Positions 36,199 through 47,160 of a DNA stretch of 64,000 nucleotides are shown piece by piece. The translations under genes were made by a program, and so were the position numbers. This DNA comes from Nitrospirota bacterium. Its GTDB lineage: Bacteria > Nitrospirota > UBA9217. The stretch covers positions 1-64,000 of the forward strand of contig CAWCKW010000006.1 in assembly GCA_963796285.1 (NCBI GenBank), given 5' to 3'. Positions within the stretch are counted from its first letter, which is position 1. Each line of letters opens with the position of its first letter. Below the pieces are notes generated by a model, which had not been told where the DNA came from, made no database searches, and saw nothing but the letters and a program-made list of their open reading frames with translations.

Positions 36199-36228
36199 GA
36201 GTCAGCGGATAGCTTGCTGACTCTTTTT
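36199..36228 (+). terminator. Intrinsic terminator after tRNA-Val
   Basis: Stem GAGTCAGC/GCTGACTC followed by a T run. Confidence 0.75.
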
Positions 36229-36373
36229 ATATTCCCTCATTTTCTTCTCTTGCCATTTACAACTTACCGTAGTACCGTTTAGGAACGCAAAGCGCTCTGT
36301 TCCAGCGCGAACATCGAACCGTGAACAGTGAGCTTATCATTTAACGTATCCAATTTAGTATGAGGATGGAACC

Positions 36374-37183
36374 ATGTGCGACCTCTGCACCAAACACGGT
36401 GAAGGGAAGATCTGGTATAAGAATGCGAGAAATTATGCCGATGACCTCCTGTCAGACCTAGAACGCCGCAGTTATATCGAGAACTTCCTGACCACTGCGT
36501 TCAGCGAAGGATTCCAGACACTCGGGAGGCTTGAGACCATTTATCGAAAAAAAGGCAAGCTCCCTGAGGCGGTCAAGGCTGCCATGGTCAAGAAGGCAAA
36601 GGCGGAGCATTTCGGCCAGGTGCTGCCTATCGAGGAGATCAGCGAAGTGGTGCGCCGGTCCAGGACCGTAGTGCGAATGCCCTGTGCCTGCCGCTGGAAC
36701 ATCGGAAAGAAAGAGGAGCGCTGTTGCTACGCGGTCAGCTACGGTCCTGAGGCCTGGTACAAAGACATCGACATGGGTTATTTCGGAATGGCCTCGGATG
36801 AGGGCCTTGAGTCGCTCTCTCCGGACACGGCCATCGAGCAGATGAAGGCCATGGAGGCGAACGGATCGGTCCATACCATCTGGACCATGATGACACCGTT
36901 CATCGGAGCGATCTGCAACTGTTCACCTGATGAGTGCCTTGCCATGAGGACCCTGTCCCGGACCAGTGTCGAAACCATGGAGCGGGCCGAGTATGTGGCG
37001 AACGTGGATGAAGCGCTCTGCACCGGGTGCGGGCTGTGTGATGCGCCCTGTCACTTTCGCGCGATCGAGGGCGTGACCCGGAATGGCAGGTCACGTGCCC
37101 GCATTGATCCGCACAAGTGTTTTGGCTGCGGTCTGTGCCGCGGGGCATGCGTCGTCGGAGCGATCTCGCTGGTGCTGCGATAG
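36374..37183 (+). CDS. 4Fe-4S dicluster domain protein
   Basis: CTGCGLC..PC and CFGCGLC..AC, plus N-terminal Cys clusters (MCDLC, CAC, CNC). Confidence 0.85.
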   Translation: MCDLCTKHGEGKIWYKNARNYADDLLSDLERRSYIENFLTTAFSEGFQTLGRLETIYRKKGKLPEAVKAAMVKKAKAEHFGQVLPIEEISEVVRRSRTVVRMPCACRWNIGKKEERCCYAVSYGPEAWYKDIDMGYFGMASDEGLESLSPDTAIEQMKAMEANGSVHTIWTMMTPFIGAICNCSPDECLAMRTLSRTSVETMERAEYVANVDEALCTGCGLCDAPCHFRAIEGVTRNGRSRARIDPHKCFGCGLCRGACVVGAISLVLR

Positions 37184-37204
37184 GTGAGAAGGGGAGAGAA
37201 ACAA

Positions 37205-37240
37205 TAAAAAAAGCAGGTCCTGAATGAACAGGACCTGCTT
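37205..37240 (-). terminator. Terminator between the convergent 4Fe-4S and csp genes
   Basis: Hairpin AAGCAGGTCCTG/CAGGACCTGCTT with an A run on the left. Confidence 0.8.
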
Positions 37241-37259
37241 AATAGGCTAACGCGTAGGC

Positions 37260-37460
37260 TTAGAGCTTTACAACGTTGGCTGCCTTCGGGCCCTTGGGCG
37301 AGTCGACAACGTCGAACTGCACTTGCTGGCCTTCGGCCAACGACTTAAAGCCGCTGTCCTGAATGTCGCCGAAATGAACGAACACATCGCCGCCCTTTTC
37401 GCGGGTAATGAATCCAAATCCTTTGGAATCATTGAACCACTTTACTGTACCTGTTTCCAT
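37260..37460 (-). CDS. cspA: Cold-shock protein
   Basis: [24 protein letters not shown]. The upstream promoter TTGACA-17-CATTAT (37602-37574) implies a ~100-nt 5' UTR. Confidence 0.95.
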   Translation of the reverse strand: METGTVKWFNDSKGFGFITREKGGDVFVHFGDIQDSGFKSLAEGQQVQFDVVDSPKGPKAANVVKL

Positions 37461-37899
37461 GGTGAGCTACCTCCTTCTTTGGAATTGAAGCTCACGGAAA
37501 AGGCCAAAAAAATCCGCAAAGCCTAACGTACTTTGCGGTCACCCTACAAATACATCCGGAACTTCTGAGCGACATAATGACACTTCTGTACCGGGATGTC
37601 AAGAACTATTAATAATAAATAGAGGTCTCCCCCTGCTCGCGCGAAGAACGTCTGATTCAAGATCCAATCTTATAGCCTGTTGGGACCCATTGATATGCTG
37701 CCGAACTCGGCATTCAGGAGGTCTAGACTAAGCTTAGCCAATCGTGAGCTGCAACTAAGTTTCTTCTGAACAGGGTCAGATGTGGAATAAGTTCAACTGA
37801 CGGACGATTGTCGTAAGATTGGAGAGCGAACTGACAGAGCCAGGGATTTTGCAGCCCAAGCGAAGAAGGGATTAACCTTCTCATGGTCGCGGAAAGTGG

Positions 37900-38313
37900 C
37901 TATTGGTTTGTTTCTTTTTGGATGGATTCGAGCAGCGAAGCTATGATCTTATCAGGAGCCCGGGGCGCCACGTCGAGATCTGGCTGTTGAACGTGCTCCA
38001 GGATGTGCACTTCCTCTTCGGAGGACAGGACCACGAATTTTATGCCTGCCCGATATCGGTCTCCGCGCTGATTGCTCCAGACCAGCACGCCGAACTTCTG
38101 CCCTCCCACTGGTTCCTTGAAATGGACCAGGCCGGGCTCTATCCGTTCAGACAACTCTATCCCCACGCCAACCACGCTGATATCCACGATCCGGACAATG
38201 TGTTCTGTCCGCGTGGATTGGGCGAAACCAATGACATCCAGAGAATACGCTCGCGGTGAGGTAAGACGATACCGCTGGATCCCCCGTGTCATTTTTTTTT
38301 CATTCTCAGACAA
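37900..38313 (-). CDS. PilZ-domain protein
   Basis: QRYR and DISVVGVG PilZ-like motifs; VWS..YRAGIKF. Confidence 0.65.
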   Translation of the reverse strand: MSENEKKMTRGIQRYRLTSPRAYSLDVIGFAQSTRTEHIVRIVDISVVGVGIELSERIEPGLVHFKEPVGGQKFGVLVWSNQRGDRYRAGIKFVVLSSEEEVHILEHVQQPDLDVAPRAPDKIIASLLESIQKETNQ

Positions 38314-38498
38314 GAAAGAAATTCCTCCTCTACAGCGTGCACTGTCTGTCTGCTCCAGTTATATCAAAAAAATGATCAAGAGTGAAGGAAATAATGCAGC
38401 CTGTTCTTTTTTTTCAGCCCACGATGCCCGGTAATCCCCTTGACCCCGTCCCTTCAAATCGGTATTATAGTGCGCAGGTGTTGTATGCCGGCACTCCC

Positions 38499-39575
38499 AT
38501 GACAGTAGACAAAACCATATTCGGCCTCCGGTTCCGTTCGAACGAACGACTCCAGCCATCGCTCGAAGAACTCAGGAATTTCCTCGACAACCCTAAAAAG
38601 GCGGACAAGGGAAAGCTGCACAGCGACGACCTGGCAGCGTACCGCGATCTGCTTAAGGCCATCGAGTCCTTCGAACACGGCCAGCAGTGGGGCTTCCGCG
38701 ACAGAATGCTCTACAGCGTGCTCGGCCATTCCCACCTCGTCAAACCCGCGCTCAAATTGGCCGTGGAGCAGTATAAATTTCACGTGCACACCCTGTCAGA
38801 GCTCGACCTCAAAAAACCGTCCGCGTTCATCACATCGGCAGAAGACGAGATTGCAAGGCTCAATCCGAAAAAGAAAGATGAAGCTGCGCGAAAAGAACGG
38901 CTGTCGGGAATGGTTGAAGAGAGAAAACGGGCACTCAACGCTATGAAGAAGCACTGGCACGCGCTTGCTGAAGAGCTGGGGCACATCATCGAGTACGTCA
39001 GGGACAATCTCTCCAAGATCGAGAAGCTTTCCGAGGAGTCGATCGGCATCCTCGTGCATGAGCAGATCGGCAGAAAAAAAGAGGCCGTCATGATCGAGGA
39101 CATCAAGACGCAATTCAAAGAGCGCCTCCGGGAGTCCCTTCACCAGGGAACGATCACGAAGGAGCAGCTCGCGTCGGCACAGGAAGAGGTTGCCGGCCTC
39201 TCGAAACGGACCGCGGACCTCCTGCGGTCGGATGGTTACATGTTGGCGCAGCTGTACGAGGCCATCCACGATTACAGCAAAAAGATTTCTCGGGAGCTCG
39301 AGATCGTGATGGGCAAGATCGAACGTAAAAAACACACCAGCTATGATGAGGACCGGGAACTCTACATGCAGGCTGAAAAGATCCTGGTATCGCTCACCCA
39401 TGATTGTTATTTTGAGATACAGGCGTCTGACATCGGCACCGAGACAGAGCATAAAGAGATTCTCATCGAAAAAAGAAGGGAGATGCTCGATCACCTCTTT
39501 GACCTGCTGCGGAAAGGGCATCGTCCTAATCAGGACACCCCGCTGAAGTCGGGGCATGCCGGAAAAGCTTTTTGA
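38499..39575 (+). CDS. Hypothetical helical/coiled-coil protein
   Basis: Long ORF with host-like codon usage and no recognised motif. Confidence 0.65.
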   Translation: MTVDKTIFGLRFRSNERLQPSLEELRNFLDNPKKADKGKLHSDDLAAYRDLLKAIESFEHGQQWGFRDRMLYSVLGHSHLVKPALKLAVEQYKFHVHTLSELDLKKPSAFITSAEDEIARLNPKKKDEAARKERLSGMVEERKRALNAMKKHWHALAEELGHIIEYVRDNLSKIEKLSEESIGILVHEQIGRKKEAVMIEDIKTQFKERLRESLHQGTITKEQLASAQEEVAGLSKRTADLLRSDGYMLAQLYEAIHDYSKKISRELEIVMGKIERKKHTSYDEDRELYMQAEKILVSLTHDCYFEIQASDIGTETEHKEILIEKRREMLDHLFDLLRKGHRPNQDTPLKSGHAGKAF

Positions 39576-39854
39576 CGGGAGAACAGGTTAGAATCTGAGT
39601 TAAATATTTACACATGCTCTTAGATACAATACATCCTGCTATGTTATCGAAGGGGTAAGCCCTTTTTACCAGTTTTGAGAAAAATTTGGTTCTTAGGTAG
39701 GGTTATGATCACTATAACGCGAAGGGATTCTCGCATTTCTCTGCGTCTCTGCAAATGGCGTTTCGAACAGAACCTGCCCTGATCCTAACCACGGGCACCG
39801 GGAGGTCTGACCCTGCGGAATCCCGCAATATCCAATACCGACGCATGAAAGAGA

Positions 39855-40445
39855 ATGAACGCTATGGTGAATACATCAACGAACTACTCCGATGACAACG
39901 CGTTGCGCGAAGCGCTTGCCAACGTCAACGTGGACAGAAAGCTTCATGAGGTCTATGGTCTCTTTTACGGGTGCATGGCTGCGCCCAATGTTGCCGAGCC
40001 TGCGCAGTATCTGGCGATGATCTGCGATGGTGACCATACCGCCGCTGCATCAGCGGAAGAGGCCGCCGGCGTCCTGGACAATCTGATGTCTCTCTGGAAC
40101 TTCATTGCCCGATGGAAGCCTGACGAGGAGCCCTTTTACTTTCCCGACATGGCGTATCCGGCCACGACCCAGGGCCTGCAGCAGCGCATGGCCGACGATC
40201 TGTCGTTGATCAACTATTTCATCTCCGGGCTTAAACTTGGCGGAACAGAAGAGAATGATTTTGACGATGAAGCTGTTGACGCAATGCATGCCCTTGCGGA
40301 GGCGGCAACCCTGCTTCAGAAACAGATCGAATCCAAGAAAACATCCGACGTGAAGACAACGACAGAGCTGATTGATGACCTGGAAGATTTCATGGCCGAC
40401 AGCATCGCAAGGGTATCCATTGGACTGAAGGGTGCGAAACGCTGA
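39855..40445 (+). CDS. UPF0149/YecA-like protein
   Basis: EVYGLFYGCMAAP...YFISGL..G, acidic composition. Confidence 0.55.
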   Translation: MNAMVNTSTNYSDDNALREALANVNVDRKLHEVYGLFYGCMAAPNVAEPAQYLAMICDGDHTAAASAEEAAGVLDNLMSLWNFIARWKPDEEPFYFPDMAYPATTQGLQQRMADDLSLINYFISGLKLGGTEENDFDDEAVDAMHALAEAATLLQKQIESKKTSDVKTTTELIDDLEDFMADSIARVSIGLKGAKR

Positions 40446-40575
40446 CCCGCAATGAGCGCTTACTCAATGGTTTTTGATACGAATCATCTTGTTATTTGCT
40501 CAGGACGATTATGAACTGCTGGCAACGTTGTTTTAGACCGGACAATCAATATTCCAATCTCCTTTATGGGAGCAC

Positions 40576-40809
40576 ATGAGCATGACAGGATTGATCTCAA
40601 AAAGACCATTCATAGGCTTCGCGACAAGCATCCTCTTCAGTGCTCTGGGCATGCTCCTGATCCAGATCGACCCATCACCGGTCCCTTCAAAAGGCATGCT
40701 GTGGTTGTTCAGGGTCGTGGGATATTTCACGCTCTTTGTCGCTCTCGGGTCCCTGGTGAACGCCGTTTTTGCAGTGTGGGCACATAAGAGCGAAAAGAAT
40801 ATGAAATGA
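40576..40809 (+). CDS. Small two-TM membrane protein
   Basis: 77 aa with two hydrophobic stretches; abuts the next gene. Confidence 0.5.
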   Translation: MSMTGLISKRPFIGFATSILFSALGMLLIQIDPSPVPSKGMLWLFRVVGYFTLFVALGSLVNAVFAVWAHKSEKNMK

Positions 40810-40810
40810 G

Positions 40811-41665
40811 ATGGTGCCTGCAATGATTGCAATGATCACAACGGTGTATCACTCGTGTCGCAGGTGGGGACGTGCGGTGGTAACGGTGTTGTGCGTCCTG
40901 ACCCTTGGTTTGATGCTTGTTCCCCGCGTGTTCAGCGCAGAAGACCGAACGAGATCAGCCATCCCTCTGGCCGCCCAGGCATTCTTGCCGGGCGAAACAC
41001 TGACCTATGAGATCAGCTGGTCGAACATCGTCACGGCAGGGACCGCGGTCATGGAGGTCATAGGGGATAAGTTGCCAAACGGGCGGAAGGTTCTCCGGTT
41101 CATCGCATCGTCCCATTCCGTGGGTGTGGTGGACGCGATCTATCCGGTGAACGACAGGGTCGAGAGTCTCTTTGACCCTCAAATCATGCAAAGCCTCTCA
41201 TTCAACCTCAACGAGAGCCACGGCAAGAGAAAAAGACGACGTTCGCTGACCTTCGACCATACTGGCCGGACAGTTATCAGCAGGCTGAACAACGACCCGC
41301 CGCAGACGTTGACTATCCCGGACCCGGTGCAGGATGCCTTGTCATCGCTTTTCTACCTCCGGACGCGAAAAGATTTCACGATTGGCACGACCCACGTCAT
41401 CGAAGTCCATGACAGCGGCAAGAACTGGTCCGTCGAGGTCCATACCCTGGCGCGGGAGAAAGTGAAGACGCCTGCCGGGGTGTTCGATACGATCAAGGTC
41501 AAGACCTTTCCCAAGTACGAAGGGGTCTTTATGAACAAAGGGGAGATCTTTATCTGGCTCACTGATGACAGCCGGAAGATCCCGGTGCTCATGAAGAGCA
41601 CCATCGCTATCGGGTCCATCATGACCACGCTGACGGACATGAAACTGGGAGCAGTTGAGCACTGA
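40811..41665 (+). CDS. DUF3108 domain exported protein
   Basis: Motifs PGETLTYEISW, DALSSLFYLR, TPAGVFDT and IWLTDDSRKIPV. Confidence 0.85.
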   Translation: MVPAMIAMITTVYHSCRRWGRAVVTVLCVLTLGLMLVPRVFSAEDRTRSAIPLAAQAFLPGETLTYEISWSNIVTAGTAVMEVIGDKLPNGRKVLRFIASSHSVGVVDAIYPVNDRVESLFDPQIMQSLSFNLNESHGKRKRRRSLTFDHTGRTVISRLNNDPPQTLTIPDPVQDALSSLFYLRTRKDFTIGTTHVIEVHDSGKNWSVEVHTLAREKVKTPAGVFDTIKVKTFPKYEGVFMNKGEIFIWLTDDSRKIPVLMKSTIAIGSIMTTLTDMKLGAVEH

Positions 41666-41869
41666 GGCGCCGCCAACGCCCATCTGGAGGCATACTACCG
41701 CTGGCACAAGATCGAGTGGGCCAGGAAGAGGACCCGGCCTCCGTCGATTCGATCTCCGGCGCGCGCGTACGCCGGCGCTGCCTCCATCATGATTCCTAAA
41801 CAGAGCACTGCTCAAATGGTACGCATTGTATTTCTCCTTTCCGATTTGGAGCTATTCAAGACAGGAAGA

Positions 41870-42428
41870 ATGGCCCTAAAAAAGCAACCATTTTTAAAGC
41901 GGAACTGCAGATCTCCGACATGGGCCGAAATTACTACCATGATCATGTGCTCACCATTGCACGCGACCCCTCGGAAAATGAATGAGCGTATGATGGTGCG
42001 CTTGCTGGCGTACGGCTTCATGCCCATGAAGCATTGAACGTTGCCAATGGGATGGGTATTGATGACGAACCTGATCTCTGGAAAAGGACCTGACCGGCGC
42101 GATCGACCTTTGGATCGAGGTTGGCCAACCCGATGAAAAAGAGGATCCGCAAGGCCTGCGGGCCGAGCAAAACAGGTAATCATGACAGCTATGGAGGCAA
42201 GAGCGTATCCGGGTGGCGGGAGCAAATCTGCGGCAAATAAGAACGGTCTGGAAATCTCACGATGATAACTGCCAGTAGCTGAGAGTTAAAACTGGAAAAG
42301 TCGTTTAGCGCAGTATGCAGATTCAATGTATGATAGAGGACGGGCAGATCTGGGTAGCTGATAAGAATAACACCGTGCATATAGATCTGTCCGTGGCAGC
42401 CTCCTGCTGCGTTGAAAAGCACTTCTAA
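41870..42428 (+). pseudogene. yaeQ: Degraded yaeQ-family gene
   Basis: Fragments in shifting frames: [45 protein letters not shown]...[32 protein letters not shown]...MQIQCMIEDGQIW. It has many more indels than its neighbours, plus a stop. Confidence 0.8.
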
Positions 42429-42499
42429 GCTCGATGATGGATTAAATTCGTGGCGCTGACGGCTTCCACGCATACGAACAATAAAACGCGGATGTGATT

Positions 42500-42963
42500 A
42501 TGAAGATCAGGGTATTGAAAAGAGGTTTCTCCTTCGCTTTAGTGCTTTCTTTGCTGGTGTTGCCAGCTGTTTCAGGCGGCCAGGAACACCACGTGCATGA
42601 CACCGCAACAGCCCCGTAGGCCGGGCGACGATCCTCTCATCGAGGAGATGGTGCAGCTCGACGCCGTGTTCCGTGAGGTCGTGTCAGGTGTGTCTCTTGG
42701 AGACGGGGCGCGGGTTCACCGGGCGCTGGAGACCCTGCACAGCACTATGGAAAAGACCCTTGAGGGTGTGCACTGCGGAAGGTGAAATCCCGAAAAACTC
42801 TGGCCGGGTGAAGGAAATCGTGAATCTGGACAAGAAATTTCATACCAAACTGGACGCCCTTGCCCAGGCTGCGCGTAAAAACGACCAGCAGGCCGTGCTG
42901 AAGCTGACGAAGGAGCTCCTGGACGGCTGCGTGCAGTGCCACCGCATGTTCCGGAATCCCTAA
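42500..42963 (+). CDS. Cytochrome c'-like (class II) periplasmic protein (frameshifted)
   Basis: Signal peptide MKIRVLKRGFSFALVLSLLV, helical body and C-terminal CVQCH..FR. Confidence 0.75.
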
Positions 42964-43221
42964 TCGGCATCTGAAAGAACGCACCAAGGCAGGAACATGC
43001 GAGAACGAGGCCGTCATGTGCGCTGCCGGGCCGAACACTGGTCCCGGTAATGAAAGTGAGGCGTTGCAAGTGACCGATCATGCGGACGGCGGACAGAATA
43101 TCAAGTTGCTGACTGGCCACCAAAACGGTCTTACTAGTTGTATGGGACGGTCGCAGAAAAATCGAATGTGACGAACTGATCGGGAAGTGGATTAGAAGGC
43201 GCAAGCTTGTCTGAGAAACAA

Positions 43222-43256
43222 CAAAGGGGTTCGACGATGAGCGACGAACCCCTTTT
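43222..43256. terminator. Bidirectional terminator downstream of the dksA-like gene
   Basis: Hairpin AAAGGGGTTCG/CGAACCCCTTTT. Confidence 0.7.
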
Positions 43257-43285
43257 CATTGAATTCATGGCAGATTACTGATTCA

Positions 43286-43653
43286 TTACCCCGCCTGCAG
43301 CTTTTCTTCTTCTTCCTGGCGGGTCTTGCATTCAATGCAAAGCGTGGTTACCGGCCTGGCCTCTAGCCGTTTTAGGCTAATCTGTTCACCGCATGACTCA
43401 CAGACACCATATTCACCGCTATCGATCCGTGCTATGGCTTCCTCAATCTTTTTAAGCAGCTTTTGCTCTCTTCCTCGTAGACGGAGAACGAAGTTGTTGT
43501 CAAGCTCAGCCACAGCCTGGTCGGTGGGATCGGGAAAGCTTTCCTTTTCCGAGCTGATCTTGCTTGTCAGTGTGTGTTCCGCCTCGGTGAGAAGGTCTGC
43601 CTCTGTTTTACAAGCTTTTTTTTGATAATCAGAAGTTTCGAATCCGCAACCAT
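43286..43653 (-). CDS. dksA: RNA polymerase-binding protein DksA (frameshift near 43600)
   Basis: FPDPTDQA..E and the zinc finger YGVCESCG..RLEARP..LCIECK. Confidence 0.9.
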
Positions 43654-43830
43654 ATCCACGACCTCTCCATACAGTATAAAAGGGCTGGTATCGCCGATGT
43701 GGCGATGCAGCCCTTTGAAAATTAATAGCGTACTATATCAAAAAACTGCGCATGAGTCAATTGTTAAATATCAATGGAGAGTACTCTATTCGCCAATTGA
43801 CAAACCTGGACAATATCGATACTATAACTT

Positions 43831-45061
43831 ATGTCGAGTGAGAAGCAGAAACTCAATACGGTCATGCGATTGGGTGTGGAGCTCACCGAGGTAAAGGACG
43901 TCGATGTGCTCCTGGAGCGGATCCTTCTCGAGGCCCGGCAGCTTACGAACGCCGATGCGGGTTCGATCTATATAAAAGAAATCGACAAACTGAAGTTCAG
44001 CTATACCCAGAACGATACGCAGCAGAAAAAACTTTCGCCGGGCAAGAAGCTGATCTATGAACATTCTCCATCCCCATCAACAACCAGACGATCTCGGGCT
44101 ATGTTGCTAACACGGGTGAAGCTGTCAACATTCCCGATGCTTACCGGCTCGCGTCCGGACTTCCCTATTCGTTCAGCAGGGCATACGACGACCTCTCGGG
44201 ATACCGAACGCAGTCCATGCTGACGTTCCCGCTCAGGACCAACCGGGGCGCTACCATCGGCGTGCTCCAACTGATAAACGCGAAGAATGCGAGGGGCAAG
44301 GTCGTTCCGTTCTCGAAAAAGGACGAGCCCCTGATCCTTCATTTCGCCAACATGGCTGCTGTGGCCATCAAACGTGCCCAAATGACCCGTGCCATGATCC
44401 TCCGGACCATTCGGATGGCAGAGCTGCGCGACCCCAAGGAGACGGGCGCCCATGTGAACCGGGTGGCGTCCTATGCTGTTGCGATCTATGAAGTGTGGGC
44501 GGAAAAGCAGGCTGTTCCCAATGACGTGATCGACAAGAACCGCGACATTCTCCGCATGGCGGCCATGCTCCATGATGTGGGCAAGGTGGCGATCGCCGAC
44601 TCGATCCTAAAAAAACCGGGTCGGCTCGATGACGCGGAGCGTGAGGTCATGAAACAGCACACCATTCTGGGCGCGAGGCTTTTTTCCGACCGCTATTCAG
44701 AGTTTGATGAAGCGGCCGCGATAGTTGCGCTCAATCACCATGAGAAATGGGACGGGACGGGCTATCCAGGTTTTGTCAACGTACATGATGGCCACGCGCT
44801 TCCTGGCTACGAGAATAGCGATGGAACAGCGCGGCCCAAGAAGGGGGAGGAGATCCCGGTGTTCGGAAGGCTCGTCGCCCTTGCTGACGTATATGACGCG
44901 CTCGGATCACGCAGGGCATACAAAGAGCGGTGGGACGAGGCCAAGTCCTTGAGGAATTGAGGGCCTGTTCCGGCACGTTCTTCGATCCGGAGATCGTCGA
45001 GACGTTCTTCTCTTGCATTGAGACCATCCGCAGCATCAGCGCGAGGTATCCTGACCATTAG
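43831..45061 (+). CDS. GAF + HD-GYP phosphodiesterase (frameshifts near 44060 and 44945)
   Basis: GAF features ADAGSIY and GVLQLIN; RDPKETGAHVNRV, HDVGK, HHEKWDGTGYP and ADVYDAL. Confidence 0.9.
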
Positions 45062-45351
45062 TGAAGAAACAATTATTATATGTCAAAGTGCCAGGAACAA
45101 GAAACAACAGGAACGGTCTTAGCCTGGATGACCAAATTACTGGAAGTGAAACGGGTTTTATCTGATGTTACCGGTTTTATCCATAATCCGCATAAAAGTA
45201 TTCGGTTCTGGCTTAGGGTCGGTTCTTGAAGACTGAGGATATCTACGGGCTGACGGAAGGAGCCGTATTTGCAAGCCGATCATAATCCTGAACCTGCCGG
45301 CGAACAACCGGAGTGCTTCCAGCTCATCTGTCTGGTTCATCAACTCCTTGT

Positions 45352-46029
45352 ATGAAAAAACGCAAACCATCTGAACAACCACAAGCAGATTTCAAAAACA
45401 CTCCTTTTAAGTCCCTGAAAGGCCTTGCGCCCTCAACGCCCTTACCCTCAAACAAAACCACACCTCCTCAGGCGCGCAAAAAGATCGACACCAGCGATGA
45501 AGACGATGCCTCGCTCTTTCTACGCGCAGCCGAGGGCGCGAAGAGATTCGGCCGTGTTCCTGATTCGCCTGCTGTCACAGCCGGGCAAGACCCGGAAAAA
45601 CCCGTGGTACGCGCACCTGAAGAAAGCCAGCTTTTTCTCGCAGCCATGAAGAAGATCGGGACGGCCTTCCACGAGACATTGCCAGAGCAAGAACCGGAAG
45701 AGGCCGGTCAACGATCACCGACAAGCAGAATGCGGCAGCTGAAACGCGGCACCGTCCGGATCAGCCAGGAGCTTGATCTTCATGGTTATCTCAAAGATGA
45801 GGCTCTTGTGCGGCTTGAACAGTTTATTGCTGATGCACGCAGCCGAGGGCAGCAGGCGGTGCTCGTGATCACGGGCAAGGGCATCAACTCTCCCGAGGGG
45901 CCGGTATTGCAAGGGGCCGTGGCAGCGTGGCTGAGGAACAAAGGGAAGGGGCTTATTGCTGAGTTTTCATCAGCGCCTCGCGAACTGGGTGGGAGCGGCG
46001 CCTTTGTGGTGTTCTTGAAGAAGAAATGA
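45352..46029 (+). CDS. Smr domain protein
   Basis: Motifs ELDLHG, LVITGKG and GGSGA. Confidence 0.9.
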   Translation: MKKRKPSEQPQADFKNTPFKSLKGLAPSTPLPSNKTTPPQARKKIDTSDEDDASLFLRAAEGAKRFGRVPDSPAVTAGQDPEKPVVRAPEESQLFLAAMKKIGTAFHETLPEQEPEEAGQRSPTSRMRQLKRGTVRISQELDLHGYLKDEALVRLEQFIADARSRGQQAVLVITGKGINSPEGPVLQGAVAAWLRNKGKGLIAEFSSAPRELGGSGAFVVFLKKK

Positions 46030-46222
46030 TCTTTATTCGAACCAAATGAACGGAATTTTATTCCTACGTTATCACTCGCCACAGGACATGTTCGTCTTTC
46101 CCGGTAATGCGGCACCATTAAAAAATCTCTTTGGGTTTTCGTGTCTATTCCTGGCCAACAGCTGTTTATTAGTATAAAACTAGGCTTCGCGCTAACCGAC
46201 AAGGAAACTCGGGTTTTTACCC

Positions 46223-46251
46223 TTGACAGCTACCCGGGTTTTGGATATAGT
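46223..46251 (+). promoter_or_regulatory. Sigma70 promoter of the tRNA-Gln/Glu operon
   Basis: TTGACA-17bp-TATAGT. Confidence 0.85.
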
Positions 46252-46269
46252 GCTCAAGCTGTGACCGAC

Positions 46270-46343
46270 TGGGGGATCGTCCAGTGGTAGGACGACAGGC
46301 TCTGAACCTGTTTACGGGGGTTCGAATCCTCCTCCCCCAACCA
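46270..46343 (+). tRNA. tRNA-Gln(CTG)
   Basis: TGGGGGA...TCCCCCA-A-CCA; anticodon arm CAGG-CTCTGAA-CCTG. Confidence 0.96.
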
Positions 46344-46453
46344 GATAACAACTGATTTTAAAATGAAGATTGAAAATTTCAAATTTTAAAATCGTGGCAA
46401 ATTAATCGATCATTCTGCACTTTACAATTTTCAATCTTGCGCCTCACCAAGCA

Positions 46454-46529
46454 GGTCCCATCGTCTAGCGGCCTAGGACGCTGGCCTCTCACGCCGGAGA
46501 CACGGGTTCGATTCCCGTTGGGACCACCA
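46454..46529 (+). tRNA. tRNA-Glu(CTC)
   Basis: GGTCCCA...TGGGACC-A-CCA; anticodon arm CTGGC-CTCTCAC-GCCGG. Confidence 0.96.
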
Positions 46530-46599
46530 TTCTACCCGTTTCATACAATTCAGCGAAGTGCATAAGCCCCGTGATAAAGGGGCTTTTTCTTTGTCCATT

Positions 46600-46869
46600 T
46601 TGCGGTCCTCTGCCCGCCCGATAAGCAACAACGCCATTCTTGCCGTTTTGCGCCGCATGGGGTACAGCAAGGACGAGATGACCGACCACGGCTTCCGGGC
46701 AATGGCGCGGACAATCTCTGACGAAGTTCTCCAGGTTCGGCCGAAATTCATCGAACATCATTTGGCGCATGCTGTTCGAGATCCGAACGGTAGGGCGTAT
46801 AACCGGACAGCTCACGTGGATGAGCGGAAGAAAATGATGCAGCAGTGGAGTGATCATCTGACGGTTTGA
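46600..46869 (+). pseudogene. C-terminal remnant of a P4-like tyrosine integrase
   Basis: ISNNAILAVLRRMGY..HGFRAMART..IEHHLAH..AYNR..RKKMMQQWSD. The N-terminal domains are absent, and it lies right after tRNA-Glu. Confidence 0.88.
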
Positions 46870-47036
46870 AGGCAGGGGGAAGATATCGCCTTTCGCAAAG
46901 AAGGCGAGGTGAAAAGTAGCACGCAGCGGTCATATATCAGATAATAATACGGGGCCCCGGGGCAACCTGGGGTCTTTTTTATGCTTTCGCTGTTGCATGC
47001 CTCACATATATACCATCTCTTTTCTGGACAATTTCA

Positions 47037-47160
47037 GAATACGGCAGGCTCCATACACAGCTCAATGGAACTAACGTATACAAGCGTCTTGTTCAGCTCT
47101 TCAGCCAGGCTGATGATCGGTACAACTCCGGCCTGTTCCATTTTCAGAAAGAAAAAGAGC
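47037..47160 (+). pseudogene. Probable fragment of an Eco57I-like (type IIG) restriction-modification gene
   Basis: A frame absent from the track reads EYGRLHTQLNGTNVYKRLVQLFSQADDRYNSGLFHFQKEK. I recognise the ADxRYNSGLF motif from this family from memory. Confidence 0.6.

Noticed and set aside
37620-37890. Unassigned intergenic stretch that could be an sRNA or gene relic; likewise 42970-43210 and 62530-62990
   Set aside because: No recognisable ORF, motif or convincing structure by eye.
39760-39835. Possible riboswitch upstream of the UPF0149-like gene
   Set aside because: GC-rich and potentially structured, but I recognise no conserved aptamer motif. It would need an Rfam search.
46473-46857. 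Minus-strand ORFs over tRNA-Glu, and similarly ORFs over tRNA-Leu at 55746-56124
   Set aside because: Spurious translations of tRNA and integrase antisense sequence.
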